Below, one piece after another: positions 22,101 to 27,989 of a DNA stretch of 64,000 nucleotides. The position numbers and the translations under genes were made by a program. The DNA lies in contig CATLAM010000001.1 in assembly GCA_949878485.1 (NCBI GenBank), forward strand, positions 82,363 through 146,362, read 5' to 3'. Every line of letters starts with the position of its first letter. The first letter of the stretch is position 1. Source of the stretch: an uncultured Eubacteriales bacterium. GTDB taxonomy: Bacteria; Bacillota; Clostridia; Christensenellales; UBA1242. The notes under the pieces were generated by a model, which ran no database searches, was not told the DNA's origin, and saw only the letters and a program-made list of their open reading frames with translations.

Positions 22101-25100
22101 TCCAAACTTGTTGCACCTTCATAAACACTAAGTTTATTTACAGTTGCTGTGTGATTTTTAAGTGCATCAATATATTGTTGTCCAGCAATTTTAGAAAGTG
22201 CCAACCAAGACACTAAAGTTGGATTTTCCACACCTTCTGTGCTTTGTAAACCAACTAAATTGATGGCATTTACATCATTTCTCACTGTTATATATGCGTT
22301 TGAAATTCCACTATTGGCATTTACAGTAACTCCATCCAAAGTTGCACCAAATTCATAGTTGTCTGAAACAAGGGTGTAAGGATTGCCATTTAAATATAAA
22401 GTGCAGTTGAAGTTGTTGTTTATAGTTCTTATGTTTTCACTGCCCATTTGAACTAGAAGAGTTTGATTATCTTTCACTTCTTGTCCGTCAATGGTTTTTG
22501 TGATTTGTGGCAAAGCATTTACAATCAAGAAAGTGAAATTTAAAGTGCTTTCAAAATTCATTCTTGAATGAACACTGATTGTAACTTCTTTATAGACATT
22601 TTCAAGAGAAATGCCTTTTAAACGGAGAGAACTTGTTCCAACTGAAACCAAATTGCTTGTTGTCATTGGAAGCAAACTTCTTGCTTCACTTGATGTCAAT
22701 TTTCTTGCGTTTCCATCTTCATTCAAGTTAAACAAATCTGAAACTGCAAGTGTGTTTAAATTGTCAAGTGCTGTTTTTTCAGAATTTGAATTTACAACTT
22801 CTTGTGTTGAATAGAAGAACAATATTCCGCTTGTTGCACCAGCATAGATTGATTTGTAAGGATCAATATTGTCAGCAACAAACAAATCATTTACATCAAC
22901 TGATGCACTTTGTTGTGTTTCTTTTAAATACATGAAACCAAAGTTTACACCACTGTCAAGGTCAGTAAGTTGCCAAATTGAAGAATCAAGTGTTTCATTG
23001 ACAAGTTTTGTCCATCTGTCAGTTTGATTTTCAACATCAGCCAAAGACAAAAGCACTGCTCCTGAAATGTCATAATATTTGTCAGCAGTAACTGTTGCAT
23101 CACTATAAATGATTGAATATGCATTATCAGCAGTTTTGTAAGAAAGATAAGAGTCAAAAATTCTTGCATTGTGTTGTCCGTCTACTGAATTAGTTGGACG
23201 CATATTTGCACCAAGGAAAGCAAAACTTTCACGGATAACAATATTGCTGTCATTTCTTCCAATAAATGCACCCTTGACTGCAGTGCCATTTGCCAAGACA
23301 GAAGCCCCTGCTGTGTAAGTTTCAAGTGGATAAGCATAAGCATAAGATTTTTCAATCAAACTGTTTGCTCTACCCCAACCAACCAAACCACCAATTATGC
23401 TGTTGGCAGAAATCTTATTGGTAACATTGCCACCAAATGTATAGAATTCCACTCCGCTTCCACGAACAACGCCTGCGTTTTGACCAACCAAACCACCAGT
23501 ATAGCAAGTTGTTGCATTATATGTTGAATTAATTGACATACCAAAGTTGTTTGAATTTAAAATCAAACCAGTGCTTTCGTTTACACCAACCAAACCACCA
23601 GTGTAAATTGCAGAAGAATTGAGAGTGCTGAATTTATAATTCCCGTCTTCATAATAAACATCAACAGTGACATTTTCTAATGTTCCTTTGTTTACATTGG
23701 CAACAAATCCTGCTCCGTCCAAATAACCTGCATTTTCCACAACACCTGTGAAAGTTAAATCATAAACCTTTCCGCCAAGAACATTAATAAACGCTTGAGA
23801 TTTAGTGATTCCGTCAGCACTGTTTGCAAAATGAAGAGTTGTATTTGCATTTTTACCAAAAATAGTGCCATTAAACACGCCATCAGTTGCAGAGCCAAGA
23901 GAATTCCAACCATGAAGAGTGATGTCATTCATGATGCGATAGAAATAATTTCCAGTATTAATATTCTTCAAACTTTCTTCGTCGTAAATTCTTAAAGCAG
24001 TTTCTTCACTGCTTCCATCAGCAAGAGTCATTAAAACTCTGACAATTACATCACGATAGAAAATCTTTTCACCGACATTATTTACAAAATAATTTGAATA
24101 TTCTTCGCAACCATTAATCAAATTGTCATAAACTTCAGTCAAGTCATTTAAAGAAATGTAATAAGGCATTGGCATAACATCATTCAAGACATTCCCATTT
24201 TCATCTTCGGCATATTTATAAACCAAAATTCTTTCATTTCCGTTATACATCTTAATCATGTCATTTGGAAGAAGATATAAATAACCGTGGTCACCTGTCT
24301 GAGTGTTCAGTGTTACATCGACTTTATAACCAAGCATGCTGGTTTTATTGATTGCAACTTTAATGTCACTTTCAGAACCAAATGTTGGCACATATTTATA
24401 TTTCAAGTTTAAATCTCTGGAATCACTTGGTAAAACATTGACATCCAAGCCAAAACTTCTGTCAGCAGAGTTTAATGGTGCTGTTGTGTCAAGATAGATT
24501 TCTTCATATTCAGTTTTGTTCACCCAAGTAAGTTTTTCCACGCGTTTAACATTCTGAATGATAATTTGAATTTCAGTTTCACGACGATTGTTGTTATTAT
24601 CTGTGTAATAAATTTTCAAATAGTCTACAAATGAAGGAAGCAAATTTGTGGAATTTGCTGTAATCCTGAAATTAAGAGTATTGCTTTCTGATGGTCTAGT
24701 TATGTAACCAATTGTGTAATAGCCATTTGAGAAAGCATTTCCATTTACAGTCCAATCAGCATTTGTGGAATTTGCCGTTCCAAACAAAGCAGATTCAAAA
24801 GTAAACAAACTAAGGTCGCTGGCATAAGTAGGAACTTTTATGTCATTTCTAAGAGAAACAGAAATGTTTGCATAAGAGTTTTCAATTTCATTGATGCTTA
24901 ATGTTTCAGTTGTAAACAATGAAACTTTGCGATAGTTTGCTGTAAAACTTGTTACTGAATAAAAACTTTCAACTGCAAAAAATCGAACATATGTAACAAG
25001 ATTGTGATTTTCATCAAAACCATTAAACAAAACTGCGATATATTGTTTTGTTGGGTTGTCTGTAAGCATAAGTTGATTGTTGTTATTGATTGACATAAAT

Positions 25101-27310
25101 GTGCCAAGCCCGTCTTTAAATAAATCAAAATTTTCTGCAAGAACATTTAAGTTTGAATAAATGTTGTTGAAAATGCTTTCATAATTTTCCCAAGATGCTG
25201 TGTCAGCAAAAGCCAAATGTTTATAACTTACATTAAAATCAGAAAGTGTGGCATTTCCAAAAACTGTGGAAAGTGAAATTGTTGAACCCGCTTCCAAAAC
25301 AACTTTTGTCAAAGTTGAATTTCCTTTATCACTTGAAACAACCTTTCCTTCTTTTAAAACAAAATCTTGATAGGCATCTTGTGAAACAAAGACATCGACA
25401 GATGACTTACTTAAATTTTCAACATATGCTTGTGTCATAGGAACAAATGCTTCCAAAGTTGTTATTACTGTGGTTTTTCCTGTGCTGTGTTCAAACCAGA
25501 AAGAAGTAAAGTCATTAAAGTTAAGCATTTCAAGTGCGATTTCCACACCAACAACTATGTAATTATTTAATTCGTTTTCTTCCAACACTTCGAAACCATT
25601 ATTGAAACCATAAGAGAATTTTGGATTGTTGCTGTGTTTCAATGTCAAACCATTTGCTGTTGAAAGTCCATTAATTTTAATTTTAAAGTTTTTCTTAGAG
25701 TCAATCAAATTGCTTGAAGATGTGTAATATGTTCCGTCAAAACCTTCATGTTGCTCAGGCTCTAAAATTTCCATATCCAAATTTGTTTCTTCAGAAATGT
25801 GATATAAATTAAATTTCAATGCAGTTTTTGCATTTTCAGGATTCCCAACAGAAATGAAATTTACAACAACATCTTGCAAATTCACTGAACTGTTGCTTAA
25901 AACATAAAGCACTGTCCCTGTTCTCAAAGAAATTGTGTATGTGGAAGAACCCTGACTTGTTCTTTCAAATTTAAGTTTTGTTCCGCTTTGATTATAAAAC
26001 AAAATGAAATCATCTGGCGATGTTGCTCCTGCAACTTGACTTACATCGACAGAAATGCGGAACATATCGTTGTCCAAAGTTACATCATCAGGTTTCAACA
26101 AAACTGAAAGTTGATAGCCATATCCTGAGTCAGAATTGTAATGTGAAAAGACGTCAACAGAATAATTGTTTGTCAATGTGTTGTTGTCATGTTTTATTTC
26201 CACATTTTTCACAGTGTAAGAAAAATCAAAAACAATGTTTGTCTTGTCCACCAAAATTTCATAATCAAAATCAGAATAACAAACTTTGAAGAAAACATAG
26301 AAAGTCTTAGGTGGCATATTTGAATTTTGAGCAACAATGTCAAAATTGCAAGTTGTGCTGTTTACACCTGCGTTTGGTGTTGGAGCAGAAAACATAAAAT
26401 ATTTTGAATATTCTTCTTTGCTTAAAGCCACTTGAGGATTTTCAGCATCAAACACAACAATGTCAAGTTCGACATCATAGGCCGTATTAACAACAAAAGA
26501 CCCGCTTGTTGTCGAGCGGTTAAAATCGTTATATTTAAGTTCATATCTCGTTTGGTTGGTGTTTATAAGTTCTCCGTCTTGAAAAAACTGTTCACTGCCA
26601 ACAACCATGGAATTGATTTGAGAATTTTCCAAAACTTCAAAGACAACAGTGCTTGTGGCATTCTCGTTGTTCTTTGCAGTCACCTTCAAATTCAAAATCG
26701 ATCCTTGAAAATCTTCACTGACAAAAAGTTTGTCACCTTGAAGTTCGGCAACTATTTCGCCGTTCTGTAAAATTTTTGTGTCATCTTCAGTTGTGCCATT
26801 AACAAATGACCAACGAGTGTCACGAATGTTTGCTTCTTCAGGATAAAGGTCAAAATATTTTTCAACATCAAGAACTTTCCAAACTCCTTTAACTGCAAAC
26901 TTGTCTGACTTAATTGAAGTTCCTTGACTTGACTGTGTTATGTTTGTCAAAATGGTGTTAACATGCACTGACACCTTTTCTTTCTTGCTGTAATCTTCTT
27001 GACAGTAAATTTCAATTTCTGCATCACCACTCTTGATGCCTTGGATTGTCACATAATAATCGCCGTCTGCTCTTTTTGCTTGCTCTGTTTTTACAATGCC
27101 GTCTCCCGACAAAATATTGACACCAATTCCCATTGAAGAATTTTCCACAGAAACATTTACAACGGCTTCGCTGTCATAACGAGAATCGTTGGTGTAGATT
27201 GTCACTTCTTCTGTTGAAACAGAAAGATTAACTTCGTCTTTACACGCAGTTAAAATCATCCCACCAAAAATTAGAAATACACTTAAAATTCCCAGAGCAA
27301 ACTTTTTCAT
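7127..27310 (-). CDS. Giant lipoprotein-anchored surface protein (6,727 aa) with GLUG-motif beta-helix modules and Ig-like spacers
   Basis: Uninterrupted 20,184-nt ORF. GGAGG lies 4 nt upstream of ATG 27310. The N-terminus MKKFALGILSVFLIFGGMILTAC is a signal peptide plus lipobox (LTA-C23). A Big_2-like segment follows, then six blocks of GGLVG/GGIVG/GGLIG-type repeats. There is no LPXTG motif, no C-terminal TM helix and no HExxH motif. Confidence 0.9.
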   Translation of the reverse strand: MKKFALGILSVFLIFGGMILTACKDEVNLSVSTEEVTIYTNDSRYDSEAVVNVSVENSSMGIGVNILSGDGIVKTEQAKRADGDYYVTIQGIKSGDAEIEIYCQEDYSKKEKVSVHVNTILTNITQSSQGTSIKSDKFAVKGVWKVLDVEKYFDLYPEEANIRDTRWSFVNGTTEDDTKILQNGEIVAELQGDKLFVSEDFQGSILNLKVTAKNNENATSTVVFEVLENSQINSMVVGSEQFFQDGELINTNQTRYELKYNDFNRSTTSGSFVVNTAYDVELDIVVFDAENPQVALSKEEYSKYFMFSAPTPNAGVNSTTCNFDIVAQNSNMPPKTFYVFFKVCYSDFDYEILVDKTNIVFDFSYTVKNVEIKHDNNTLTNNYSVDVFSHYNSDSGYGYQLSVLLKPDDVTLDNDMFRISVDVSQVAGATSPDDFILFYNQSGTKLKFERTSQGSSTYTISLRTGTVLYVLSNSSVNLQDVVVNFISVGNPENAKTALKFNLYHISEETNLDMEILEPEQHEGFDGTYYTSSSNLIDSKKNFKIKINGLSTANGLTLKHSNNPKFSYGFNNGFEVLEENELNNYIVVGVEIALEMLNFNDFTSFWFEHSTGKTTVITTLEAFVPMTQAYVENLSKSSVDVFVSQDAYQDFVLKEGKVVSSDKGNSTLTKVVLEAGSTISLSTVFGNATLSDFNVSYKHLAFADTASWENYESIFNNIYSNLNVLAENFDLFKDGLGTFMSINNNNQLMLTDNPTKQYIAVLFNGFDENHNLVTYVRFFAVESFYSVTSFTANYRKVSLFTTETLSINEIENSYANISVSLRNDIKVPTYASDLSLFTFESALFGTANSTNADWTVNGNAFSNGYYTIGYITRPSESNTLNFRITANSTNLLPSFVDYLKIYYTDNNNNRRETEIQIIIQNVKRVEKLTWVNKTEYEEIYLDTTAPLNSADRSFGLDVNVLPSDSRDLNLKYKYVPTFGSESDIKVAINKTSMLGYKVDVTLNTQTGDHGYLYLLPNDMIKMYNGNERILVYKYAEDENGNVLNDVMPMPYYISLNDLTEVYDNLINGCEEYSNYFVNNVGEKIFYRDVIVRVLMTLADGSSEETALRIYDEESLKNINTGNYFYRIMNDITLHGWNSLGSATDGVFNGTIFGKNANTTLHFANSADGITKSQAFINVLGGKVYDLTFTGVVENAGYLDGAGFVANVNKGTLENVTVDVYYEDGNYKFSTLNSSAIYTGGLVGVNESTGLILNSNNFGMSINSTYNATTCYTGGLVGQNAGVVRGSGVEFYTFGGNVTNKISANSIIGGLVGWGRANSLIEKSYAYAYPLETYTAGASVLANGTAVKGAFIGRNDSNIVIRESFAFLGANMRPTNSVDGQHNARIFDSYLSYKTADNAYSIIYSDATVTADKYYDISGAVLLSLADVENQTDRWTKLVNETLDSSIWQLTDLDSGVNFGFMYLKETQQSASVDVNDLFVADNIDPYKSIYAGATSGILFFYSTQEVVNSNSEKTALDNLNTLAVSDLFNLNEDGNARKLTSSEARSLLPMTTSNLVSVGTSSLRLKGISLENVYKEVTISVHSRMNFESTLNFTFLIVNALPQITKTIDGQEVKDNQTLLVQMGSENIRTINNNFNCTLYLNGNPYTLVSDNYEFGATLDGVTVNANSGISNAYITVRNDVNAINLVGLQSTEGVENPTLVSWLALSKIAGQQYIDALKNHTATVNKLSVYEGATSLEISKQNLKIEPDETENFTVDMASDNADDNISISVVYDNFEIQGVQSETSVAGQNFFEYEIDSHLTLEIYWTKQVLANGDFRFNVGVNVKEENRHLIEFDYENLNIKVSALSQLNNNSFPKKEINLSVGTQPVDAVAVQVYGIEMRQIRNSTLYMRPSNNTINTVAPSSDMLLAVTISPSFAKMTHFTLTYDVTTSNAGDEGKTGSLSISKMLYNANYGYYIDTTNTNIITNGVKVNLTESDKQGNGVYYFRVYVSSAFTANSTIKFNVNYFYENEQLNEQTFYKELRVEYLKEATVEVEGSSLYTLARGTMAKVSVTVALDQELNSLYLTNNLKNLSLTTPTMEIVGNSKIYTAFVVADVDATLVDGSHTGVFYVCATVEKIVNNKVQEIKESRATICLVDFAIEKEGIGVSGNGGTTSYGGLQFDVFHAYVNAKNVLSFDYPVLPETYTNYDPNNAEETEAVAELMKKRQEFALKNNYKDELSNYYINYIYNASTLSYMETRLIQQLYLVENFVVGQDVETNDKRIVSDVSTKIYNEQLGQPIQRSNYFDVVEEDANVGGVDFKNVNIVGKLTGSQLMKLQTTMYIQGKEIVWDYYFVISVEIWSDEETPTTIYNAEEFVDYLTNSEKPDDYILMADIELNDYQPIDTSLINSLDGNGFTINLNSFKRSAEDSSLTLALFTTVQENTLLKNVRVNIYQGGQINVNIRQYQSVNIAGFAIENSGIIYNCEVVAYYDPTSEFMTSNSGETGLFVQYTDGNNTDPIILTADILNSSNYALNSSTISGFVETNNGSIVNSRVGGDAVQRIVEIGGLNYVQSENLGTFTILGQGDVAGFVNSNGGSGYISACFVDNVQIYNRMNSITSKTAGFALNNTNIIQTSYVEGVRVLETDTEENVFSHVITGSSISARGIVGGFIYENGGTVENCYSNIAIDNTEMTNEYGAGFVYRNIENAIIRLCYTACLINAEDINQMQFSGVYNATSQNFGVIESSYYYATSLISESNQKRIEPSVLAVDDVVNMDSFYGFSFSSYENSYDGIWKINLQTGITLVSANEKALSNRYAVTTNGVTSVFYSNHITDLTTMNYANLSYGSKLNPIIIRSAAEFAKATGKATSKEISSFKEFYDNTRVFGNYRLVRNIDLSELENEEEKTVLTTSSKTFTGILDGNGFTISGIELGSEEELENYGLFAKLNGASIMGLKLEVVAVNNTKANIVGTLAGTVVDSRISSIKLTVDDKSNSSVAEEKMIAGQNVVGGLFGMVFGDSKLSDISVSGVEVFSSYSDDQKTIKSNLANTGDNLRRYVDSNSALKPFVKSLSYAGAVAGYVDIYDGTLEFASINLSYGMSDYNVITIHVSDAINIYAEVTGGLFGYVGKTTLIYDAVLELNSPMDNSNPSYIISRNLYAGGLIGENYGGMFAVSASYEKTLQDMIEENQNGYYSAVNSSNQRGQVSIFSYSASGLDDEELQKSRANDPLFIGGLVGYMGGGYIYTGFNKLNVVVNDTTNFCRHTLAAGGIIGYVAKNDNSYSLTFAENNPKANLALHDVYASGDVYIENNVETLSADLAKKGVGSVSGSYSAGIIGAKDREVVLGFKNVNAVNYYSFNTNNILTGDKVVEVKDNAYTSDRHFTFIGNVLSWNGVNTNGQLVQEETSSSIYFITNQSYYAEAVSGLKAQEGTMTVGGYTALNVNGVTVNLQPFGFNYVKAKVQGEDGTEVVLDKSAVVADIDHIGKPNMKSMSVAYSTFNSFFVKRGWNANYWQHKQDKLFPIIELHPQTNLLFWDAWNTKEILQTIKNGQSNNLTIVLRGKENKDENDKTYVDINLTKSNVDLNETERVLEGFSGTLISYYAYTGTHEEGTVKKPITGGGEVDSDVGIIMDRAIFNNIAPTAKIQGITFYMSASESSSADKNPTINYQITKNETTGLNNIVFKDIKIVLNAPLNLTAHSGQGLEEGYGTGVFANYAEATTFEGILFDTSRLSGLENLDGTPVNDITLNSGDSTSTAYLGLLVGKLEQRNLYDTMIISGVSFKKIQGSNVLTTSIAFNNKSASTVYMGLYAGEIARQWGTFTVGLTQFGKINLNVSSKQDANVYVGAYAGKLTGVENVSMISSEDVSDTNIVINQKSSINNFYAGLGFGYIESNVNIQSKLGKMVISGGIYQDETAETGFANIGGFAGKAGGNVSISGLSLNFNVGKYVDSKKDITGEFNDYYNYKSSTDDKATTKSHIDLFEQNLYKYETKNPYIITGTDDDNAVGGYIGLQVAGGILTISGQAVDIAGVLDVKAKICNVGGMVGKTYGTINITASGTSTLDFSVTDWNNETSTDARESSSQSSFNVGGMIGNIAKSDATSDFKVEIKNNLGYNILGNTISNSSKINFGGAVGLVERTDWANDKRPIIINKVVYGGALKIYENIQSAVVNVGGIVGLFNLGTNPSGSVRDSNSYKISDCKTYGDVFVMYPKAFEDIDSKTSYDNSKLNTYNFGGMIGSASYVVVEQCSSLMTSFNSKYKEAGNNKNAGNYNVGAIVGSSSDCVYFKENKYSSGVNLAYQENEGNVDSTYGGDTATYNGFVGLKNTAGNASANILDDFKGLTSGNGNSGTKLNPKEINKDMGQGGVSKSHGISWYKFKENQTINNSVFKELSNSVVVGNTNTITFEEKKGTTYFDLTTEIKDQHLTVQDKIAKYGSLINVMGNKDAYVDNNNVDFTVVSGLLMNLHIDGANYSRDDNDYTNVSFGGVVGEMYGNSIIYGVGVNGTLSVGGGKAINLGGIVGTLRSGMIQECFTDVDMIYRGNDEGYASGVANVNDYNSLIRTTYSSGQIETYVNANIYTFAYAANTDTLLDTNTIERDLMDVYSVTQVKCTDALSLGEIGTKIHFINNDNFDTSGQIINNCDGIDGYGINGYTGKYLYSLSYETLSKDKAINKGNDLTTGTTSADGSLTNWYFTPYTNYGFASHGFGYLKNTTTYIRDKKVNGGNEEDVVNDDGTYSYSAVGYDMLIDKNGESAANYDDNWYLAILNNKKFNDMITSKMTYKYLLKYDVTLKDVGYKFDPDKDLFALDGNRKTLTFNSAENALFNEFKGNIENLRIINEADSVNNFTGVVNDDNTKNIENFGILAIKMTGGLLKNITVIGNIDNKNAKNVGGVVGFAEGTTMENIESIVNITNSASASITGGVVGRANNCTLSVISNSGIIQNTSDINYFGEEDNENTLNGLQIYINGEAGNSNVDEQQVGSVRGNNKFLNSITGGLIGYMNKGSITESYNVNAVLANYTKGKTQNAVAGGIVGYIENGEILNSYNTGMIGVGNYSNKGNNEDKNDEDSKKKVNNMGYSVAGGIFGYATDNFKVEGCLNDAKVEALGTGSTNQVYKKLASGQEEIKEYINEPNDLEYNLTTVYNEGLLRKVFAFGVGYAPLVTDSNISTMIKNCGTSTDNILNDGVIGQKIDTQTLVFKRNDILGNEKNITESNKKLSYGKFKVDGKIYTNGIDSYGFSTRVYMLDTITRAYAATTDQNSGSYINAILQSYYNDAPEVSGPGTPKDYLGFYYYYYRNGIGKADGTGRNDGDKYTSNDIKKRVATVHNYENIGLSLDDIGMACENTYYSSVTFKSYDELLKDLDKFILNSNITNVGYEMIQDKINEIDEGRKIGKENFVDFNVAGQSVAVVYNKDNINDVYSPYRVEIEFTVNVENMSSSLSADMFEFIDNSGKLNKSVVKSIDISGDECIVTANLFFSENVSNVLARIQVFVNYEKLETVRLSKNMVIHQNNDTYILLTNMINDSGERTLNITQDNVFDLQDVTERDINKRKNGNSYNFTLNGETYLDLDVLRYASKNQTGSLFTPTFIANGEEYEGAYLLIKGNHSYSGETLNITHYIINRKEMITSKILIDSNYIKDVNGNDCFEYDLVDNSTETTKDLTFKEHNTMKFSELFDVFENSEFLTVTNITGDYDLSYRFNIINSNGETKIGASKKCIIFIDDKHYIGLEEDEFKAEGGSLGGEGDKINYSIKFDDGIIYLYSVTGKSELAIIVDTDDINTFIENHNFNFTFTKSEITSSTSDFSKDDMVGSDTYFKIYQHAVLENKDNFKFDAEGQAQFTGNNFAEFAESATNKNSETIGGITFYEVTETFKFTPSYFYLEYINSIFNQLGYEYKVYDKGEIIDIGFGKVDKDYNKTVELKNVKQGTLKIYLTNTNLSDNYDKIDHTESDYPMTGDGSKEEYAYSYKSNLSLKSSDDSPITEREDYYFETGADRYFNDGDIVGYNRTIYCHSISSESFSSNEEKQEVKSTESENNKYIVFTSYYDGTLTVEYYTYNYKRVYEEKGEEIIKNEVTFNYHQNGKKFIYKDGKMSVYNIKAEYINTDEKQEVSIEWIDSVEMEKPNFDVFNKFSLDEDLTLELKYISAGIKNTKYTDSEKLDIIFSRTDSENKINFDGKYYDRTPPIASEYKIENLTENCQYEDTSVRDNPDYSNLSYREKDSENEFLISNDGVISAEHYYETEYEKKYTASIGANTKNIVQESLSETGQIDNIIVGANIYLQNENVGANTKNIVGNNYIFKMNSTKNSHVFVSNGKTIQAKDEIKISDMIIISNISLRTVNANKTHSVFSQNENKGILDNVSLYGNMRNISNSVISTVTPILTESGKVKQVNSYMTINALDAIQAEQTVKSTIKDKIKSAESDVYNNHNILIAGNGANGKNGSNGKLYSSNSSQLNGNVSFTEDVISDKQVQINVIKNTNGTNGGSVVVDSSFKGFARAGHAGIGGYGGDGGNALSIYNVNIKGGKGKTGSISGVDGTVNCNAKYVIANRTIENPYLEENNIIDYSNTIDNFNGNSGIGSFGVLRDAEGNVSYTKSSFNNSDSTTNYLVQRQKSPVKWENVHNCTWGGTNETGWLENYSTTIGSYANDYSSEFTSMGDIIDHGYGIRPRFHENKRAGLMNECFGYNYNNSLGKKIHNEKPTIDYYVVNKVSFDDNGVTWTRSAHSFRKVLWTSGEFINQASAGKFVGKVI

Positions 27311-27359
27311 GTGTCCTCCAATGTTATTATCTGCAACTTGTCAGATTTTTATATAATAT

Positions 27360-27389
27360 ATTATAAAATAAATAATAATCCAAAGTCAA
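27360..27389 (-). promoter_or_regulatory. Candidate sigma-A promoter of the giant gene (TTGACT-18-TATAAT)
   Basis: Minus strand has TTGACT (27384-27389), an 18-nt spacer and TATAAT (27360-27365), ~50 nt upstream of the ATG. The -35 lies inside a 13-nt palindrome GTCAAATTTTGAC (27385-27397). Confidence 0.4.
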
Positions 27390-27602
27390 ATTTTGACAAT
27401 AAATTTTAAAAAAATAAAAAATAGGAAAAAATTAAATAAAAAATTATTTTTTTAAATATCAAAAACTATTTTTCGCACCTAAAACAGGACAGTTTGGCAA
27501 TTTTAATAAAATTATTAAAAAATTAAAAAAATATTAAATAATTAATAAAAAAACACGAAAAAATTAATTATTTTCGCATTTTTTAATTATTTTTTATTTA
27601 TT

Positions 27603-27863
27603 TTATTTTTCTTTATTTATTTCTTTATATTTTTTCTGAGTGGAAAGTCCGCCCCTTATATGCTTCTCATTGAAATTAAAATCCAAAATCTTTTGAACAT
27701 CGTTATATAAATTTTTATCTATTTTCTTCAGTCTTTTCGACAAATCATTATGCACAGTGCTTTTACTTAAGTTGAAAACTTTGGCAGTTTGCCTTACAGT
27801 TTCATGTGTTTTGTGGACATATTTTGCAACCTGCAATGTTCTTTCTTTGATGTATGCTTTCAT
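27603..27863 (-). CDS. spoIIID: Stage III sporulation protein D (SpoIIID) transcription factor
   Basis: MKAYIKERTLQVAKYVHKTHETVRQTAKVFNLSKSTVHNDLSKRL...HIRGG closely parallels the B. subtilis SpoIIID HTH (KSTVHKDL). The GGGAGGA SD favours the ATG at 27863 over the ORF-track start at 27875. Confidence 0.9.
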   Translation of the reverse strand: MKAYIKERTLQVAKYVHKTHETVRQTAKVFNLSKSTVHNDLSKRLKKIDKNLYNDVQKILDFNFNEKHIRGGLSTQKKYKEINKEK

Positions 27864-27880
27864 AAATCCTCCCATAAACT

Positions 27881-27909
27881 CTTATATGAGAGAACTTGTC
27901 GCATTATGA
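27881..27909 (-). promoter_or_regulatory. Sigma-E-type promoter upstream of spoIIID
   Basis: Minus strand has TCATAAT (27903-27909), a 14-nt spacer and CATATAAG (27881-27888). The recalled sigma-E consensus is xxATAxx-14-CATACAxT. Confidence 0.45.
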
Positions 27910-27970
27910 AAAAATTTGTCGAATTAAAACAAATTATGCCTAAAACAAGTTTTATTAAAAACAAAAAAAT

Positions 27971-27989
27971 AAAACGGAAATTCCGTTTT
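27971..27989 (-). terminator. Rho-independent terminator after acpP
   Basis: AAAACGG-AAATT-CCGTTTT hairpin overlapping the acpP stop codon, with T-runs on both strands. Confidence 0.65.

Noticed and set aside
7755-26770. Numerous plus-strand ORFs of 60-163 aa inside the giant gene, for example 7755-8021, 12543-13034, 18297-18551, 20690-21094 and 26432-26770.
   Set aside because: They are antisense shadows of the 20-kb minus-strand frame. Their Pro/Thr/Ser-rich strings (PTTPP and similar) are reverse complements of the Gly-rich GLUG codons. They have no SD and no recognisable domains.
7127-27310. Sortase anchoring or zinc-metalloprotease (IgA-protease-like) function for the giant protein.
   Set aside because: No C-terminal LPXTG plus hydrophobic tail is present; the internal LPETY is mid-protein. 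No HExxH motif was found on reading the sequence. Only the GLUG repeat scaffold is shared with IgA-protease-type proteins.
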